Made by a program: the position numbers and the translations under genes. The notes beneath the pieces are model-generated. The model saw only the letters and a list, made by a program, of their open reading frames with translations. It ran no database searches and had not been told where the DNA came from. From contig JAKALR010000002.1 in the NCBI GenBank assembly GCA_021824045.1, positions 1-57,923 on the forward strand: a stretch of DNA of 57,923 nt, read 5' to 3'. The DNA comes from a bacterium (GTDB lineage: Bacteria; Patescibacteriota; Minisyncoccia; UBA6257; GWB1-50-10). Position 1 is the first letter of the stretch. Each line of letters starts with the position of its first letter. Below, one piece after another: positions 47,758 through 56,908 of this stretch.

Positions 47758-50589
47758 ATGGCGAAGTACGATTTCAAGAAGATAGAGAAAAAGTGGCAGA
47801 AAGAATGGGAACGGCAGAGTATCGGGAAAGCTGTCGATTTCTCCAAGAAGAAAAAGTGGTATTCGCTCATCGAGTTCCCGTACCCGTCCGGCCAGGGGCT
47901 CCACATCGGCCATATCCGGAGCCTTACGGCCATGGATATCATATCTCGGAAGCGGCGGATGGAAGGATATAACGTGCTCTATCCGATCGGATGGGACGCG
48001 TTCGGACTCCCGACGGAGAACTATGCCATCAAGACCGGCGTCGATCCGCGTGTTGCGACGAAGAAAAATACCGACACCTTCCGGAAGCAGCTGAAGGGGT
48101 TGGGATTTTCATTCGATTGGAGCCGCGAAGTGAATACGACTGATCCGAAGTATTACCGGTGGACACAGTGGCTCTTCCTTCAATTTTTCAAAAAAGGTTT
48201 GGCGTACAAAGCGGAGATCGACATCAATTGGTGCCCGAATGACAAAATCGGCCTCGCGAACGAGGAGGTGATCGGAGGCAAATGCGAACGGTGCGGCGCG
48301 GAAGTCGAAAAGCGGAAGAAGGCGCAGTGGATGCTCAAGATCACGGCATACGCCGATAAGCTCCTGAAGGGCTTGGAGAAGGTGGACTACTTGGACGAAA
48401 TCAAGGCGCAACAAATAAACTGGATCGGCAAATCGGAAGGAGCTCTCATTGACTTCGAGTTACCGGATGCAAGTTACAAGATACAAGTTTTCACAACAAG
48501 ACCCGATACGCTCTTCGGGGCGACGTACCTTGTTTTGGCGCCCGAGCATGAGCTCGTCGCGAAACTCAAAAATCACATTTCAAACTTCAAAGAAGTCGAG
48601 GCGTACGTGAAAACCGCGAGAAAAGAAACGGAAGAGGAGCGAACGGCTGAAAACAAAGAAAAGACCGGCGTGGAACTCAAGGGCGTGAAAGCGGTGAATC
48701 CGGCGACCGGCGGGGAGTTGCCGGTTTGGATCGCCGACTATGTTCTCGCCGAATACGGCACGGGCGCCATCATGGCGGTTCCCGCGCACGACGAGCGCGA
48801 TTATGATTTTGCGAAGAAATTCAATTTGCCGGTCACGTATGTCATTGCTCCATATTTTCTCGACGAGAAAGATCCGCCGCGGAAGGGAATGCCCATGGTA
48901 TTCCGGAAAGCGGTGAACTGCTACATAAAAAACCCGAAGACCGGAAAATATCTTTTTCTCGAGTGGAAAGCAACGTCGTGGAAAGGGCCGGTTTCGGGTG
49001 GCATCGAAGAGGGCGAGGATGCCGTTGGAGCAAGCTTGCGCGAAATCCGCGAGGAAACCGGCTACACGCACCTGAGATTTAAGCGATATCTCGGGAGTCC
49101 CATCCGTGCCGATTTCTATCATCCTGCCAAGAAGGAAAACCGCGCTGCGGAATTCATCGGCCTCTTGTTTGAGCTTGAGGATGAAACACGCGAAGCGGTC
49201 GAGGATGGCGAAAGAGATCGCCATGTGCCGGTATGGATTCCCGAAGAAGAAGCCTTGAAATTTCTGAATACCGGCATGACCTTCTTTGAAAGAATTTTCG
49301 AGCACAATCTCTGTTATACCGACGGCGGAAGATTGGTGAATTCAGGAAAATTCTCCGACATGGATTCCGAGAAGGCCAAAGGAGAAATCACGAAGTTCGT
49401 CGGGGGGAAGAAAACGGTGAACTATCACCTGCGCGACTGGGTCTTTTCGCGCCAAAGGTACTGGGGCGAGCCGATTCCAATCATTCACTGCGAAAAATGC
49501 GGGTATGTCCCCGTGCCGGAAAACAATCTGCCAGTTGTTCTTCCGTCCGTCAAAAACTACCAACCCCGCGACGACGGTGAATCGCCCTTGGCGTCTGTCT
49601 CCTCGTGGGTGAATGTGAAATGTCCGAAGTGTAAGAATCCCGCAAAGCGCGAGACGGACACGATGCCAAACTGGGCCGGATCGAGCTGGTATTTCTTGCG
49701 GTATGCGGATCCGAAGAATTCCAAAGAATTTGCTTCCATGAAAAAACTGAACTACTGGATGCCGATCGACTGGTACAACGGCGGCATGGAGCATGTAACA
49801 CTCCATCTGCTCTACTCGCGTTTTTGGAATATCTTTCTCCACGACCAGGGGCTCGTCCCAACAAGCGAGCCGTACCGGAAGCGGACGGCGCAGGGGATGA
49901 TTCTCGGGGAAGGAGGGGTCAAAATGTCCAAATCGAAAGGCAACGTCGTGAATCCCGATACCATCGTTCATGCCTATGGCGCGGACGTTGCGCGGATCTA
50001 TGAAATGTTCATGGGGCCTTTCGATCGGGCAATCGCCTGGGATGCAAAAGGGATCGAAGGAGTGAAGCGGTTCCTGTGGCGCGTGTGGGATATCGCCCGC
50101 GGCGAGAAGATTTCGAGAACGAAGAATGAAAAACTCGAGAAGCTTCTCGCCGCCACGGTGAAGAAGGTCGGGGAGGATATCGAGAAGATGGCTTTCCACA
50201 CGGCCGTGAGTGCCATGATGATTTTTATCAACGCCGCTGGCGACGAAGAAATCATACCCGTCCGCGTGTGGAGTGATTTCTTGAAAATTCTCGCCCCCTT
50301 CGCGCCGCACCTGGCAGATGAATTGTGGTACGAGCTGAAGAATAAGAAATCGGTGCATCTCGAATCGTGGCCCGCGTATGATCCAAAATTATTGAAGGAA
50401 GATACCGTTGAGATCGTTGTCCAGGTGAACGGTAAGCGGCGGGGAAGTGTCTTCGCGGCGGCGGATGCCGGCGAGGATGAAGTGAAAAAAGCGGCTTTGG
50501 GACTTCCGAACGTCGCAGCTGCGCTCGGTGGAGCCGCAGTGAAAAAGGTGGTATACGTTAAAGGGAGGATTATCAACCTCGTTATGTAA
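47758..50589 (+). CDS. leuS: Leucine--tRNA ligase with an inserted NUDIX domain
   Basis: FPYPSG.GLHIGH, GWDAFGLP.EN, GTGAIMAVPAHD, RDWVFSRQRYWG and KMSKS. Confidence 0.97.
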   Translation: MAKYDFKKIEKKWQKEWERQSIGKAVDFSKKKKWYSLIEFPYPSGQGLHIGHIRSLTAMDIISRKRRMEGYNVLYPIGWDAFGLPTENYAIKTGVDPRVATKKNTDTFRKQLKGLGFSFDWSREVNTTDPKYYRWTQWLFLQFFKKGLAYKAEIDINWCPNDKIGLANEEVIGGKCERCGAEVEKRKKAQWMLKITAYADKLLKGLEKVDYLDEIKAQQINWIGKSEGALIDFELPDASYKIQVFTTRPDTLFGATYLVLAPEHELVAKLKNHISNFKEVEAYVKTARKETEEERTAENKEKTGVELKGVKAVNPATGGELPVWIADYVLAEYGTGAIMAVPAHDERDYDFAKKFNLPVTYVIAPYFLDEKDPPRKGMPMVFRKAVNCYIKNPKTGKYLFLEWKATSWKGPVSGGIEEGEDAVGASLREIREETGYTHLRFKRYLGSPIRADFYHPAKKENRAAEFIGLLFELEDETREAVEDGERDRHVPVWIPEEEALKFLNTGMTFFERIFEHNLCYTDGGRLVNSGKFSDMDSEKAKGEITKFVGGKKTVNYHLRDWVFSRQRYWGEPIPIIHCEKCGYVPVPENNLPVVLPSVKNYQPRDDGESPLASVSSWVNVKCPKCKNPAKRETDTMPNWAGSSWYFLRYADPKNSKEFASMKKLNYWMPIDWYNGGMEHVTLHLLYSRFWNIFLHDQGLVPTSEPYRKRTAQGMILGEGGVKMSKSKGNVVNPDTIVHAYGADVARIYEMFMGPFDRAIAWDAKGIEGVKRFLWRVWDIARGEKISRTKNEKLEKLLAATVKKVGEDIEKMAFHTAVSAMMIFINAAGDEEIIPVRVWSDFLKILAPFAPHLADELWYELKNKKSVHLESWPAYDPKLLKEDTVEIVVQVNGKRRGSVFAAADAGEDEVKKAALGLPNVAAALGGAAVKKVVYVKGRIINLVM

Positions 50590-50594
50590 AGCAC

Positions 50595-51524
50595 ATGGGA
50601 AGATATTTATTTTTAGCCATCGTCCTCATTGTGATCGCCGTCGCCCTGGTGGATGTCGCGGCCCAGTTGAAAGGTTCCTTCAAGTTGGAGAACCTGAGTT
50701 CAATTTTCAAATTCCAGGCACCGTCGGTACAGAACAACGGGACACCCTCGGTGTCGATTGGGAAAAACACGACAACGAGCGGCGCCAGTTATATCAGTAG
50801 GAATTCCGCGCCGACGTCAAAACCCGTGGCGCCGGTTGCGCCGGCGCCCCAGCCGCCCGCCGGATTCACCGTCGCGGATCTTTCCCCGTTTTACGGAAAA
50901 ATCAGGATAGGGACAGTGTACGTTTCATCATATGGGACAAACCAAGTTTCTTTGACCGCTTCATACGGCGGATCGCCGATTGACGTGACCGGTTGGAAAA
51001 TAAAATCAAACAGAGGAGAAATTTTGATTCCGCAGGCTGTCGCCGATTTCAATCCCTATGGATTCGGATTGGATGGGGATATTGTGCTCGGCTCCGGAGG
51101 CCGCTTGGATATTTACAGCAGCGTAAGCCCCATCAGTAAAAATTTAGAGATCAACGAATGCATGGGATATTTGAATAATACGTATCAGTTTACCCCCCGT
51201 CTTCAATGCAGCTCGGTCAACATGTATGATCGTTCCGAAATATCGGCGTTCTCTGGCGCCTGTCAAAACTACATCATGTCCCTTGGGAACTGCAGTGTGC
51301 CCACGCCCGATAAATTGAATTCTTTCTCAAACGAACCGGCGTGCCAATCATTCCTGCAGAGATTCAATTACGCCGGATGCTATAACTTAAACAGAAGTTC
51401 GTCAGACTTTTTTACCGGTAGGTGGATCGTGTGGATGCCGGGAATTTGGTCTTTTGACCAAAGCCACGATAGGGTGCTTCTCCTTGATCAGAACGGGCTC
51501 CTCGTCGATGAACGCGTGTATTAA
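50595..51524 (+). CDS. Hypothetical exported Cys-containing protein
   Basis: 309 aa with an N-terminal TM helix; IDVTGWKI and LLDQNG.LVD ends resemble lamin-tail-like domains. Confidence 0.7.
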   Translation: MGRYLFLAIVLIVIAVALVDVAAQLKGSFKLENLSSIFKFQAPSVQNNGTPSVSIGKNTTTSGASYISRNSAPTSKPVAPVAPAPQPPAGFTVADLSPFYGKIRIGTVYVSSYGTNQVSLTASYGGSPIDVTGWKIKSNRGEILIPQAVADFNPYGFGLDGDIVLGSGGRLDIYSSVSPISKNLEINECMGYLNNTYQFTPRLQCSSVNMYDRSEISAFSGACQNYIMSLGNCSVPTPDKLNSFSNEPACQSFLQRFNYAGCYNLNRSSSDFFTGRWIVWMPGIWSFDQSHDRVLLLDQNGLLVDERVY

Positions 51525-51529
51525 TCGCT

Positions 51530-52564
51530 TTATTTCCTTTCCGTGAGAGTGACGTTCGTTTCGAATTCCTTGCCGTTTCTCACGATTTTCAGCTTCACCT
51601 CGTCGCCGACGTTCGAATTTTCCAAAAGTTCCTGGACGGAATCATTCCGTATCGGCTTGCCGTTCCATGTCACGATGATGTCCCTTTCCCGAATGCCCGC
51701 CAGGGAGGCCGGGCTTCCCGATATCACTGCCTCATCCATCGGATGTTCTTTGGTGACATACACGCCGTGATCCAGCGCAAGGTGCATGGTGCGGCTCACG
51801 TCGTCGTCCAAGACCACGTAGCGGATGCCGAGAAGCGGTCGGCGTATCCGCCCGAACTTTTTAAGATCCTGGACATCGCGTTTCGCGGTGTTGATCGGTA
51901 TGGCGAAGTTGATGTTCTGGGCTCCGGCGACAACGGCGGCATTGATGCCGATGACGCGCCCCGCCGCGTCAACGAGCGGGCCTCCCGAATTCCCGGGATT
52001 GATGGCGGCATCGGTTTGGATGAGCCCTCGCATTTCTTGGGCGGGTTTTTGAGGGTCGGGTTTCGCCTTGACCGATCGCGAGAGCCCGGAAATGATTCCC
52101 ATGGAAACCGTGTTTTTGAAAATACCCAAAGCGTTCCCGATCGCGAGAACGGTTTGCCCGAGATCGAGATTAGAAGAATCGCCGAGTTTTAAAAAGGGAA
52201 ATCGTTCTCCGCCGGTATTCTCGATTTTCAATATGGCGACGTCGTTGATCGGATCGCGCGCGACAAGTTCCGCATCGAAAGTTTTTTCGCCGTCGGTCGT
52301 CACTTTGTAGGTGACGTTCGATTCGGCGATGACGTGCTTGTTGGTGAGGACGATGCCGGAAGCATCGACGAAGAATCCCGAACCGCCGCCGATTTCGACG
52401 GTGCCGTCCGAAGTTATTTTATCTTCCGGTATGGTAATGTTCTTTTTCCCGAATTTGCCGCCTCCCAGTTCTTTTTTCAAATCATCGACGTTCTTGGAAA
52501 GGATGATTGAAACGACCGCCGGCATCGTCTTCTTTATTATTTTGATTGTTTTCAGATCGTTCAT
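51530..52564 (-). CDS. htrA: HtrA/DegP-like trypsin-PDZ serine protease
   Basis: GSGF, LTNKHV, IQTDAAINPGNSGGPL and one PDZ domain; no signal peptide evident. Confidence 0.92.
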   Translation of the reverse strand: MNDLKTIKIIKKTMPAVVSIILSKNVDDLKKELGGGKFGKKNITIPEDKITSDGTVEIGGGSGFFVDASGIVLTNKHVIAESNVTYKVTTDGEKTFDAELVARDPINDVAILKIENTGGERFPFLKLGDSSNLDLGQTVLAIGNALGIFKNTVSMGIISGLSRSVKAKPDPQKPAQEMRGLIQTDAAINPGNSGGPLVDAAGRVIGINAAVVAGAQNINFAIPINTAKRDVQDLKKFGRIRRPLLGIRYVVLDDDVSRTMHLALDHGVYVTKEHPMDEAVISGSPASLAGIRERDIIVTWNGKPIRNDSVQELLENSNVGDEVKLKIVRNGKEFETNVTLTERK

Positions 52565-52605
52565 GGTTCTTAATTCTATTTTATCAGAAATCGCGGATAA
52601 AAAAT

Positions 52606-52633
52606 AACCACCCCGCTTTGGGCGGGGTGGTTA
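52606..52633 (-). terminator. Intrinsic terminator after the small basic peptide
   Basis: Minus strand TAACCACCCCGCCCAAAGCGGGGTGGTTA followed by a T-tract. Confidence 0.75.
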
Positions 52634-52643
52634 AAGAAGCAGT

Positions 52644-52724
52644 CTATCTCCTTTTGCTGCTTTTCTTGGCCTTTTTCGAAGACTTCTTTTTCGTCGTCTT
52701 CTTGGCCTTTTTCTTTGCTGCCAT
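52644..52724 (-). CDS. 26-aa lysine-rich, histone-tail-like peptide
   Basis: MAAKKKAKKTTKKKSSKKAKKSSKRR*; below the ORF-track cutoff; has its own terminator and an upstream TATAAT. Confidence 0.7.
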   Translation of the reverse strand: MAAKKKAKKTTKKKSSKKAKKSSKRR

Positions 52725-52878
52725 TGTTTTTTTGTTTTTCGTTTACAAAACGCAATGTTGGACTGTCGACTCCTCAATCGCCTTGCGTTTCTTTATCTCT
52801 ATTCATTATAGAGTTTTTTGTTGGAAAAATCTGTGGATAACTCCGAAAGACGAATTTTTAGTTTAAAATTTTTAATTT

Positions 52879-53247
52879 TTATGACTCGCCGAAGAGACGA
52901 TAATGGTGGACGAGTTCGAGATACGCGAAGGCGCACAGGAAAAACGCGAGAAGGCCGACACCGATCGCGGCCTTCGATCCGATCTTCGGCGCGAGGATCG
53001 CGACCAAAACCATGTAGGGGACCCAGGAGACGATGGTGCCGATAAGCACGAACCAGGCGTGCTGTCCGACGGCCGCGCCGCCTCTCGACTCGCCGATGAA
53101 GAAGTAGGCGACAAGCGTGAAGACGGGGATCAGCGTCGCGAATCCGGAAAGGAGACGCTCGCCGTTCTCTTCAAGCGCGACGATGAGCGTGGTGAAGATG
53201 CCGCCCGTCAGGAAATAAATCCCGTAACTTTTTATGAAATGCCACAT
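52879..53247 (-). CDS. Small 4-TM membrane protein (DUF3147-like)
   Basis: Hydrophobic ORF; start MWHFIK lies 6 nt after TACAAT. Confidence 0.7.
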   Translation of the reverse strand: MWHFIKSYGIYFLTGGIFTTLIVALEENGERLLSGFATLIPVFTLVAYFFIGESRGGAAVGQHAWFVLIGTIVSWVPYMVLVAILAPKIGSKAAIGVGLLAFFLCAFAYLELVHHYRLFGES

Positions 53248-53287
53248 ATGGTTATTGTATTGCACGATGCTATAATGAAGCAACTTC

Positions 53288-54706
53288 ATGGGAATATTTC
53301 GCCACCCCGTGCCCCTATGGGCAGTCGTTGTAACCCTCGTAATCGTTGCGGGGATTTTATTTGGAGCGTTCGCGTTCTACCGCGAGATCGTCTACAACTA
53401 CGAAATCAGCCTTCCTGCGGGAACGCCCGGCGGCATCGTGTTCCACTATGGTTCTTGGCCGGCTCTTTCGAACGCGAATTTTTACGAACAGGTCCTGGGA
53501 ACGCTCGTCGACGAGAAAGCGACATTCATCTACGTCAACCTCTCAACGATGCAGTTGCAATTCTATGAGAACGGCGTTGTCGCGGAAAACGTGCCGGTGC
53601 TCTCGAAGGGGAAGCCGGGATCGTGGTGGGAGACGCCGACGGGTTTGTACAAAGTTGAGGCGAAAATTCCAAGCGACTACTCGAGCATCGCGCATGTGTA
53701 TAGCCCCTGGGCCTTGGATTTTCAGGGGAACTTTCTGATCCACGGCTGGCCGTACTATCCGGACGGCACGCCGGTCGGCTCGACGTATTCCGGCGGATGT
53801 ATCCGCCTCTCGACTGACAATGCGAAAACGCTCTACGATGCCGTCCCCGTCGGGACGCCGGTCTTGGTCGTGAGCGACGATTTCAAAAGCGATAACTTCC
53901 AGGAATCGGTGCAGGGGCCGCCAATCGGCGCCCGGAGCTATCTTGCGGCCGATCTCGAGAGCAACTTTGTGATGTCGGAGAAGAATCCCGACGAAGTGCT
54001 CCCCGTCGCGTCCTTAACGAAGCTCATGACCGCGCTCGTTGCGGTGGAATACGTAAACATCGAGCACACGATCACGGTCGCGCCCCCCATGATCGTTCCG
54101 ACATCCATCCCGCGACTTGAAGTCGGCGAAATACTTTCCCTGTATGATCTTTTGCAGCCGCTCCTCAAAGAATCGTCGAATGAGGCAGCTGTCGCGATTT
54201 CCTATTTCCTCGGGCCGAAGTACTTTGTGAATTTAATGAATCAGACCGCCCAGTCGATCGGCATGACGCAAACGCATTTCGTGGACGTCTCGGGGAGCGA
54301 CTGGGGCGACGTCTCGACGGCGCATGACCTCTACCTCTTCGCGCGGTATCTCTACAACAACCGGAGTTTCATTTTGAAGATGACGACGGACAATAACGAT
54401 TCCAACGCGTACGGGCCGAGTGCCTTCCCGAACCTCCAAAACTTCAATATCTTCGCCGACAACCCCGATTTTGTGGGCGGGAAGGTCGGCCAGAACGGCG
54501 CCGCGAGCGGAACTATCATCTCGATATTCAACGGGGCATTCCCGATCCTCAATGCGACAACATCGGCAACTTCTGCCGTAACGTCCACGGCTACATCGAC
54601 TGCTCCAACAGAAGACCGGCCGTATGTCATCATCGTTCTCGGATCGGGCGACTATGCGAAAGACGCCGAGAATCTCCTTTCGTGGATTAAGACGACGTAT
54701 CAATAA
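53288..54706 (+). CDS. L,D-transpeptidase (YkuD) fused to a D-Ala-D-Ala carboxypeptidase (S11) domain
   Basis: ETPTG, FLIHGWP...SGGCIRL; then ASLTKL (SxxK), SSN (SxN) and GGKVG. Confidence 0.85.
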   Translation: MGIFRHPVPLWAVVVTLVIVAGILFGAFAFYREIVYNYEISLPAGTPGGIVFHYGSWPALSNANFYEQVLGTLVDEKATFIYVNLSTMQLQFYENGVVAENVPVLSKGKPGSWWETPTGLYKVEAKIPSDYSSIAHVYSPWALDFQGNFLIHGWPYYPDGTPVGSTYSGGCIRLSTDNAKTLYDAVPVGTPVLVVSDDFKSDNFQESVQGPPIGARSYLAADLESNFVMSEKNPDEVLPVASLTKLMTALVAVEYVNIEHTITVAPPMIVPTSIPRLEVGEILSLYDLLQPLLKESSNEAAVAISYFLGPKYFVNLMNQTAQSIGMTQTHFVDVSGSDWGDVSTAHDLYLFARYLYNNRSFILKMTTDNNDSNAYGPSAFPNLQNFNIFADNPDFVGGKVGQNGAASGTIISIFNGAFPILNATTSATSAVTSTATSTAPTEDRPYVIIVLGSGDYAKDAENLLSWIKTTYQ

Positions 54707-54717
54707 GAAAATTCTGT

Positions 54718-54895
54718 ATTTGCGGAGGGTACAGGATTGGAATCTGTCGCGAGTCGCTCTACAGCAACTCACTCCCTGACACCTTGCGGTTTCAGTACTT
54801 CCACAACGGGAAAACTCCCGTTTTCCCGACCCCTTTCCCAGGTTCAAATCCTGTCCCAAAACCAAAACGAGGCAGCATAAAGTTACCTCGTTTTG
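54718..54895 (-). repeat. Structured element downstream of tRNA-Ser(CGA) ending in a copy of the tRNA 3' end
   Basis: ATTTGCGGAGGGTACAGGATTGGAATCTGT (54718-54747) versus ATTTGCGGAGGGTACAGGATTCGAACCTGT (54896-54925). Confidence 0.75.
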
Positions 54896-54900
54896 ATTTG

Positions 54901-54987
54901 CGGAGGGTACAGGATTCGAACCTGTGAGGGGATCTCTCCCCAAGCGCATTTCGAGTGCGCCGCACTAGACCACTATGCGAACCCTCC
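54901..54987 (-). tRNA. tRNA-Ser(CGA)
   Basis: GGAGGGT acceptor stem; GCGCA-CT-CGA-AA-TGCGC; long variable arm; G73. Confidence 0.95.
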
Positions 54988-54999
54988 GTTTAATGCCGG

Positions 55000-55071
55000 T
55001 GCCCTCGCGAAGAATCGAACTTCGATCCGCGCGTTAGGGGTGCGCTGTTCTGTCCGTTGAACTACGAGGGC
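55000..55071 (-). tRNA. tRNA-Arg(CCT)
   Basis: GCCCTCG/CGAGGGC acceptor stem; anticodon loop CC-CCT-AA; GTTCGATT. Confidence 0.88.
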
Positions 55072-55694
55072 GCTATTTCTTCTGTTATTTTATCAATAAT
55101 CGCAGAAAATTTCTTAAGAAGCAAGCCACTCTTACGGACGCGGATTCGGCACATCCCGTACTTTAATTTCCCATTTTTGGATCCCTTGAGGACATTTACG
55201 CTCGTTTTTCTCGTTGTCAGATTAACGCCGGTTACTTGCGACCAATAGGTGAGGCAAACCTTTTTGTCCAAGTCCTCGTAGATGCGGAGTGATATTTTTA
55301 GATCGTCGTTTGCAACTTGAAAAATATCTTTCAAAATAGTGATGAAAACTCGAACCATTCGAGAATCGGTGTTTGAAAACGTAAAATCCCGTTTGGCACC
55401 CTCAGCCCAGTAGAGAGAAACTCCAATAAGTGACAGTTCTTTTCTTGTGAGTTTATTCACCAAGGCATCGGCGGTTTCTCTGGCTTTCTCCCAGTTTCTT
55501 TCGGACATAATTTTACTGGTATTACGGCGTTCTAGCCATCTTTTTAGATGTTGTTTCTTTATAATAATGCCCCTAATGTATCGGGATGCTGTTGCGGGAG
55601 AAATCCTACATTCCTTACTAATCTCTGAAATACTATGGCCCGTTACCCGCAATCTCTTTATTTTGGATACCATCTCTCTGTCTATAGGTTTCAT
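55062..55694 (-). CDS. HTH plus LAGLIDADG-like domain protein
   Basis: N-terminal HTH (GHSISEISKECRISPATASRY), LYWAEG, FSNTD, YW and YGMC; stop codon lies inside the tRNA-Arg 5' end. Confidence 0.75.
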   Translation of the reverse strand: MKPIDREMVSKIKRLRVTGHSISEISKECRISPATASRYIRGIIIKKQHLKRWLERRNTSKIMSERNWEKARETADALVNKLTRKELSLIGVSLYWAEGAKRDFTFSNTDSRMVRVFITILKDIFQVANDDLKISLRIYEDLDKKVCLTYWSQVTGVNLTTRKTSVNVLKGSKNGKLKYGMCRIRVRKSGLLLKKFSAIIDKITEEIAPS

Positions 55695-55776
55695 ACACTT
55701 TCATTATAATGGAATAGACAATATCGTCCAAATACTGCTTTGGATGTATCAATGAATTTTATGATACCATGATTCC

Positions 55777-56094
55777 ATGGCCATTAGGCGGGAAATGCCC
55801 GAGCGGGAAGGATTAAAGATCTCCCGGGAAACCGAAGAAAAAGTGAAGCGAACTATCGCCCGGCTGCGGGATGAAGGATTTGAATTCGACTTCGACGAAA
55901 CGCCGGACACCTACATCATCACAACGAAGGACGAGAACGGAAGGGAAAAGAGCACCCACCTCATGAAGTTGGGCAGCGTCTTGCCGTCCGGAAGTTCTTC
56001 ATATGATATCGAAGGATTCATCGAAGCCCGCTTGCGCTATCCCGATGATGACATTAATATAGCTGTTAGGAAATTGAAGGAAGAAAAGGAATAG
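55777..56094 (+). CDS. Hypothetical protein
   Basis: 105-aa charged ORF; ATG 6 nt after TACCAT. Confidence 0.6.
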   Translation: MAIRREMPEREGLKISRETEEKVKRTIARLRDEGFEFDFDETPDTYIITTKDENGREKSTHLMKLGSVLPSGSSSYDIEGFIEARLRYPDDDINIAVRKLKEEKE

Positions 56095-56099
56095 TATAT

Positions 56100-56171
56100 G
56101 CGCCCATAGCTCAGTGGTAGAGCGTTTGCACGACACGCAAAAGGCCCAAGGTTCAATCCCTTGTGGGCGCA
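56100..56171 (+). tRNA. tRNA-Val(GAC)
   Basis: GCGCCCA/TGGGCGC acceptor stem; TTTGC-AC-GAC-AC-GCAAA; GGTTCAAT. Confidence 0.9.
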
Positions 56172-56217
56172 CACCAAGGTGTTTCACATTGATACCCTCT
56201 ATGGTACAATATAATCA

Positions 56218-56901
56218 ATGGAGAGGAAGGTGCTGCGACAAAAAGCAGTGCAATTACGAAAAGAGGGGAAGACATATACCGAGATCCGGAAAATCACCGG
56301 CGCTTTTAATTTGTCTAAAAGCACACTTTCATATTGGTGTGGTGGAATTCCTTTAACTGAGGAGCTCAAAAGAAAAATTGATTCACTGCGAGCCGAGGGT
56401 TCGAGGCGAGGTAGAACGAAAGCAATTGTGACTAATAGGGTTAGGCGGGAGGTTTATTTAAAATCAATCGAGAATAGAATTAGTCATCTTGCTAAGTCTT
56501 TATCTGGGGTGGATACTAAGAAACTTCTCTTGGCCATGCTTTACCTTGGCGAGGGAGCGAAGTGGCGATCTCATCGCAGCTTGCAACTTGGAAATGCAAA
56601 TCCAGAAGTTATTAAACTCTACCTCAATCTTCTAGAAAACTGCTACGGGGTAGATAGGAAAAAATTGAGCGCTATGATTTTTCATAGAGCAGATCAAGAT
56701 TTAACCAAGCTCATTGAGTTTTGGTCCGATACGTCGGGCATACCGATAAAGAATTTTTATTGGAACAAACCGGATTCACGAACGATTGGAAAACCGACGA
56801 CAGCTAACTATTATGGCGTATGCGCCATTTTCGGTCCCAATACGGATATCCAACTGGAATTAGAAGCAATTGCTAAAATGTTCTTTAATGTTTTAAACTA
56901 A
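56218..56901 (+). CDS. HTH plus LAGLIDADG-like domain protein
   Basis: LRKEGKTYTEI...LSKSTLSYW HTH; LYLGEG, GNANP, FW and YGVC; distant paralog of 55062-55694. Confidence 0.78.
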   Translation: MERKVLRQKAVQLRKEGKTYTEIRKITGAFNLSKSTLSYWCGGIPLTEELKRKIDSLRAEGSRRGRTKAIVTNRVRREVYLKSIENRISHLAKSLSGVDTKKLLLAMLYLGEGAKWRSHRSLQLGNANPEVIKLYLNLLENCYGVDRKKLSAMIFHRADQDLTKLIEFWSDTSGIPIKNFYWNKPDSRTIGKPTTANYYGVCAIFGPNTDIQLELEAIAKMFFNVLN

Positions 56902-56908
56902 TCCACAT

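Noticed and set aside
52832..52840. Replication origin at the TTATCCACA box
   Set aside because: It is a single box with no cluster and no dnaA/dnaN; another copy at 2626-2634 lies inside a gene.
136..54949. Long antisense and alternative-frame ORFs (e.g. 136-831, 7482-8342, 21037-22152, 39980-41101, 49342-50358)
   Set aside because: They are shadows of GC-rich-codon housekeeping genes and show no family motifs.
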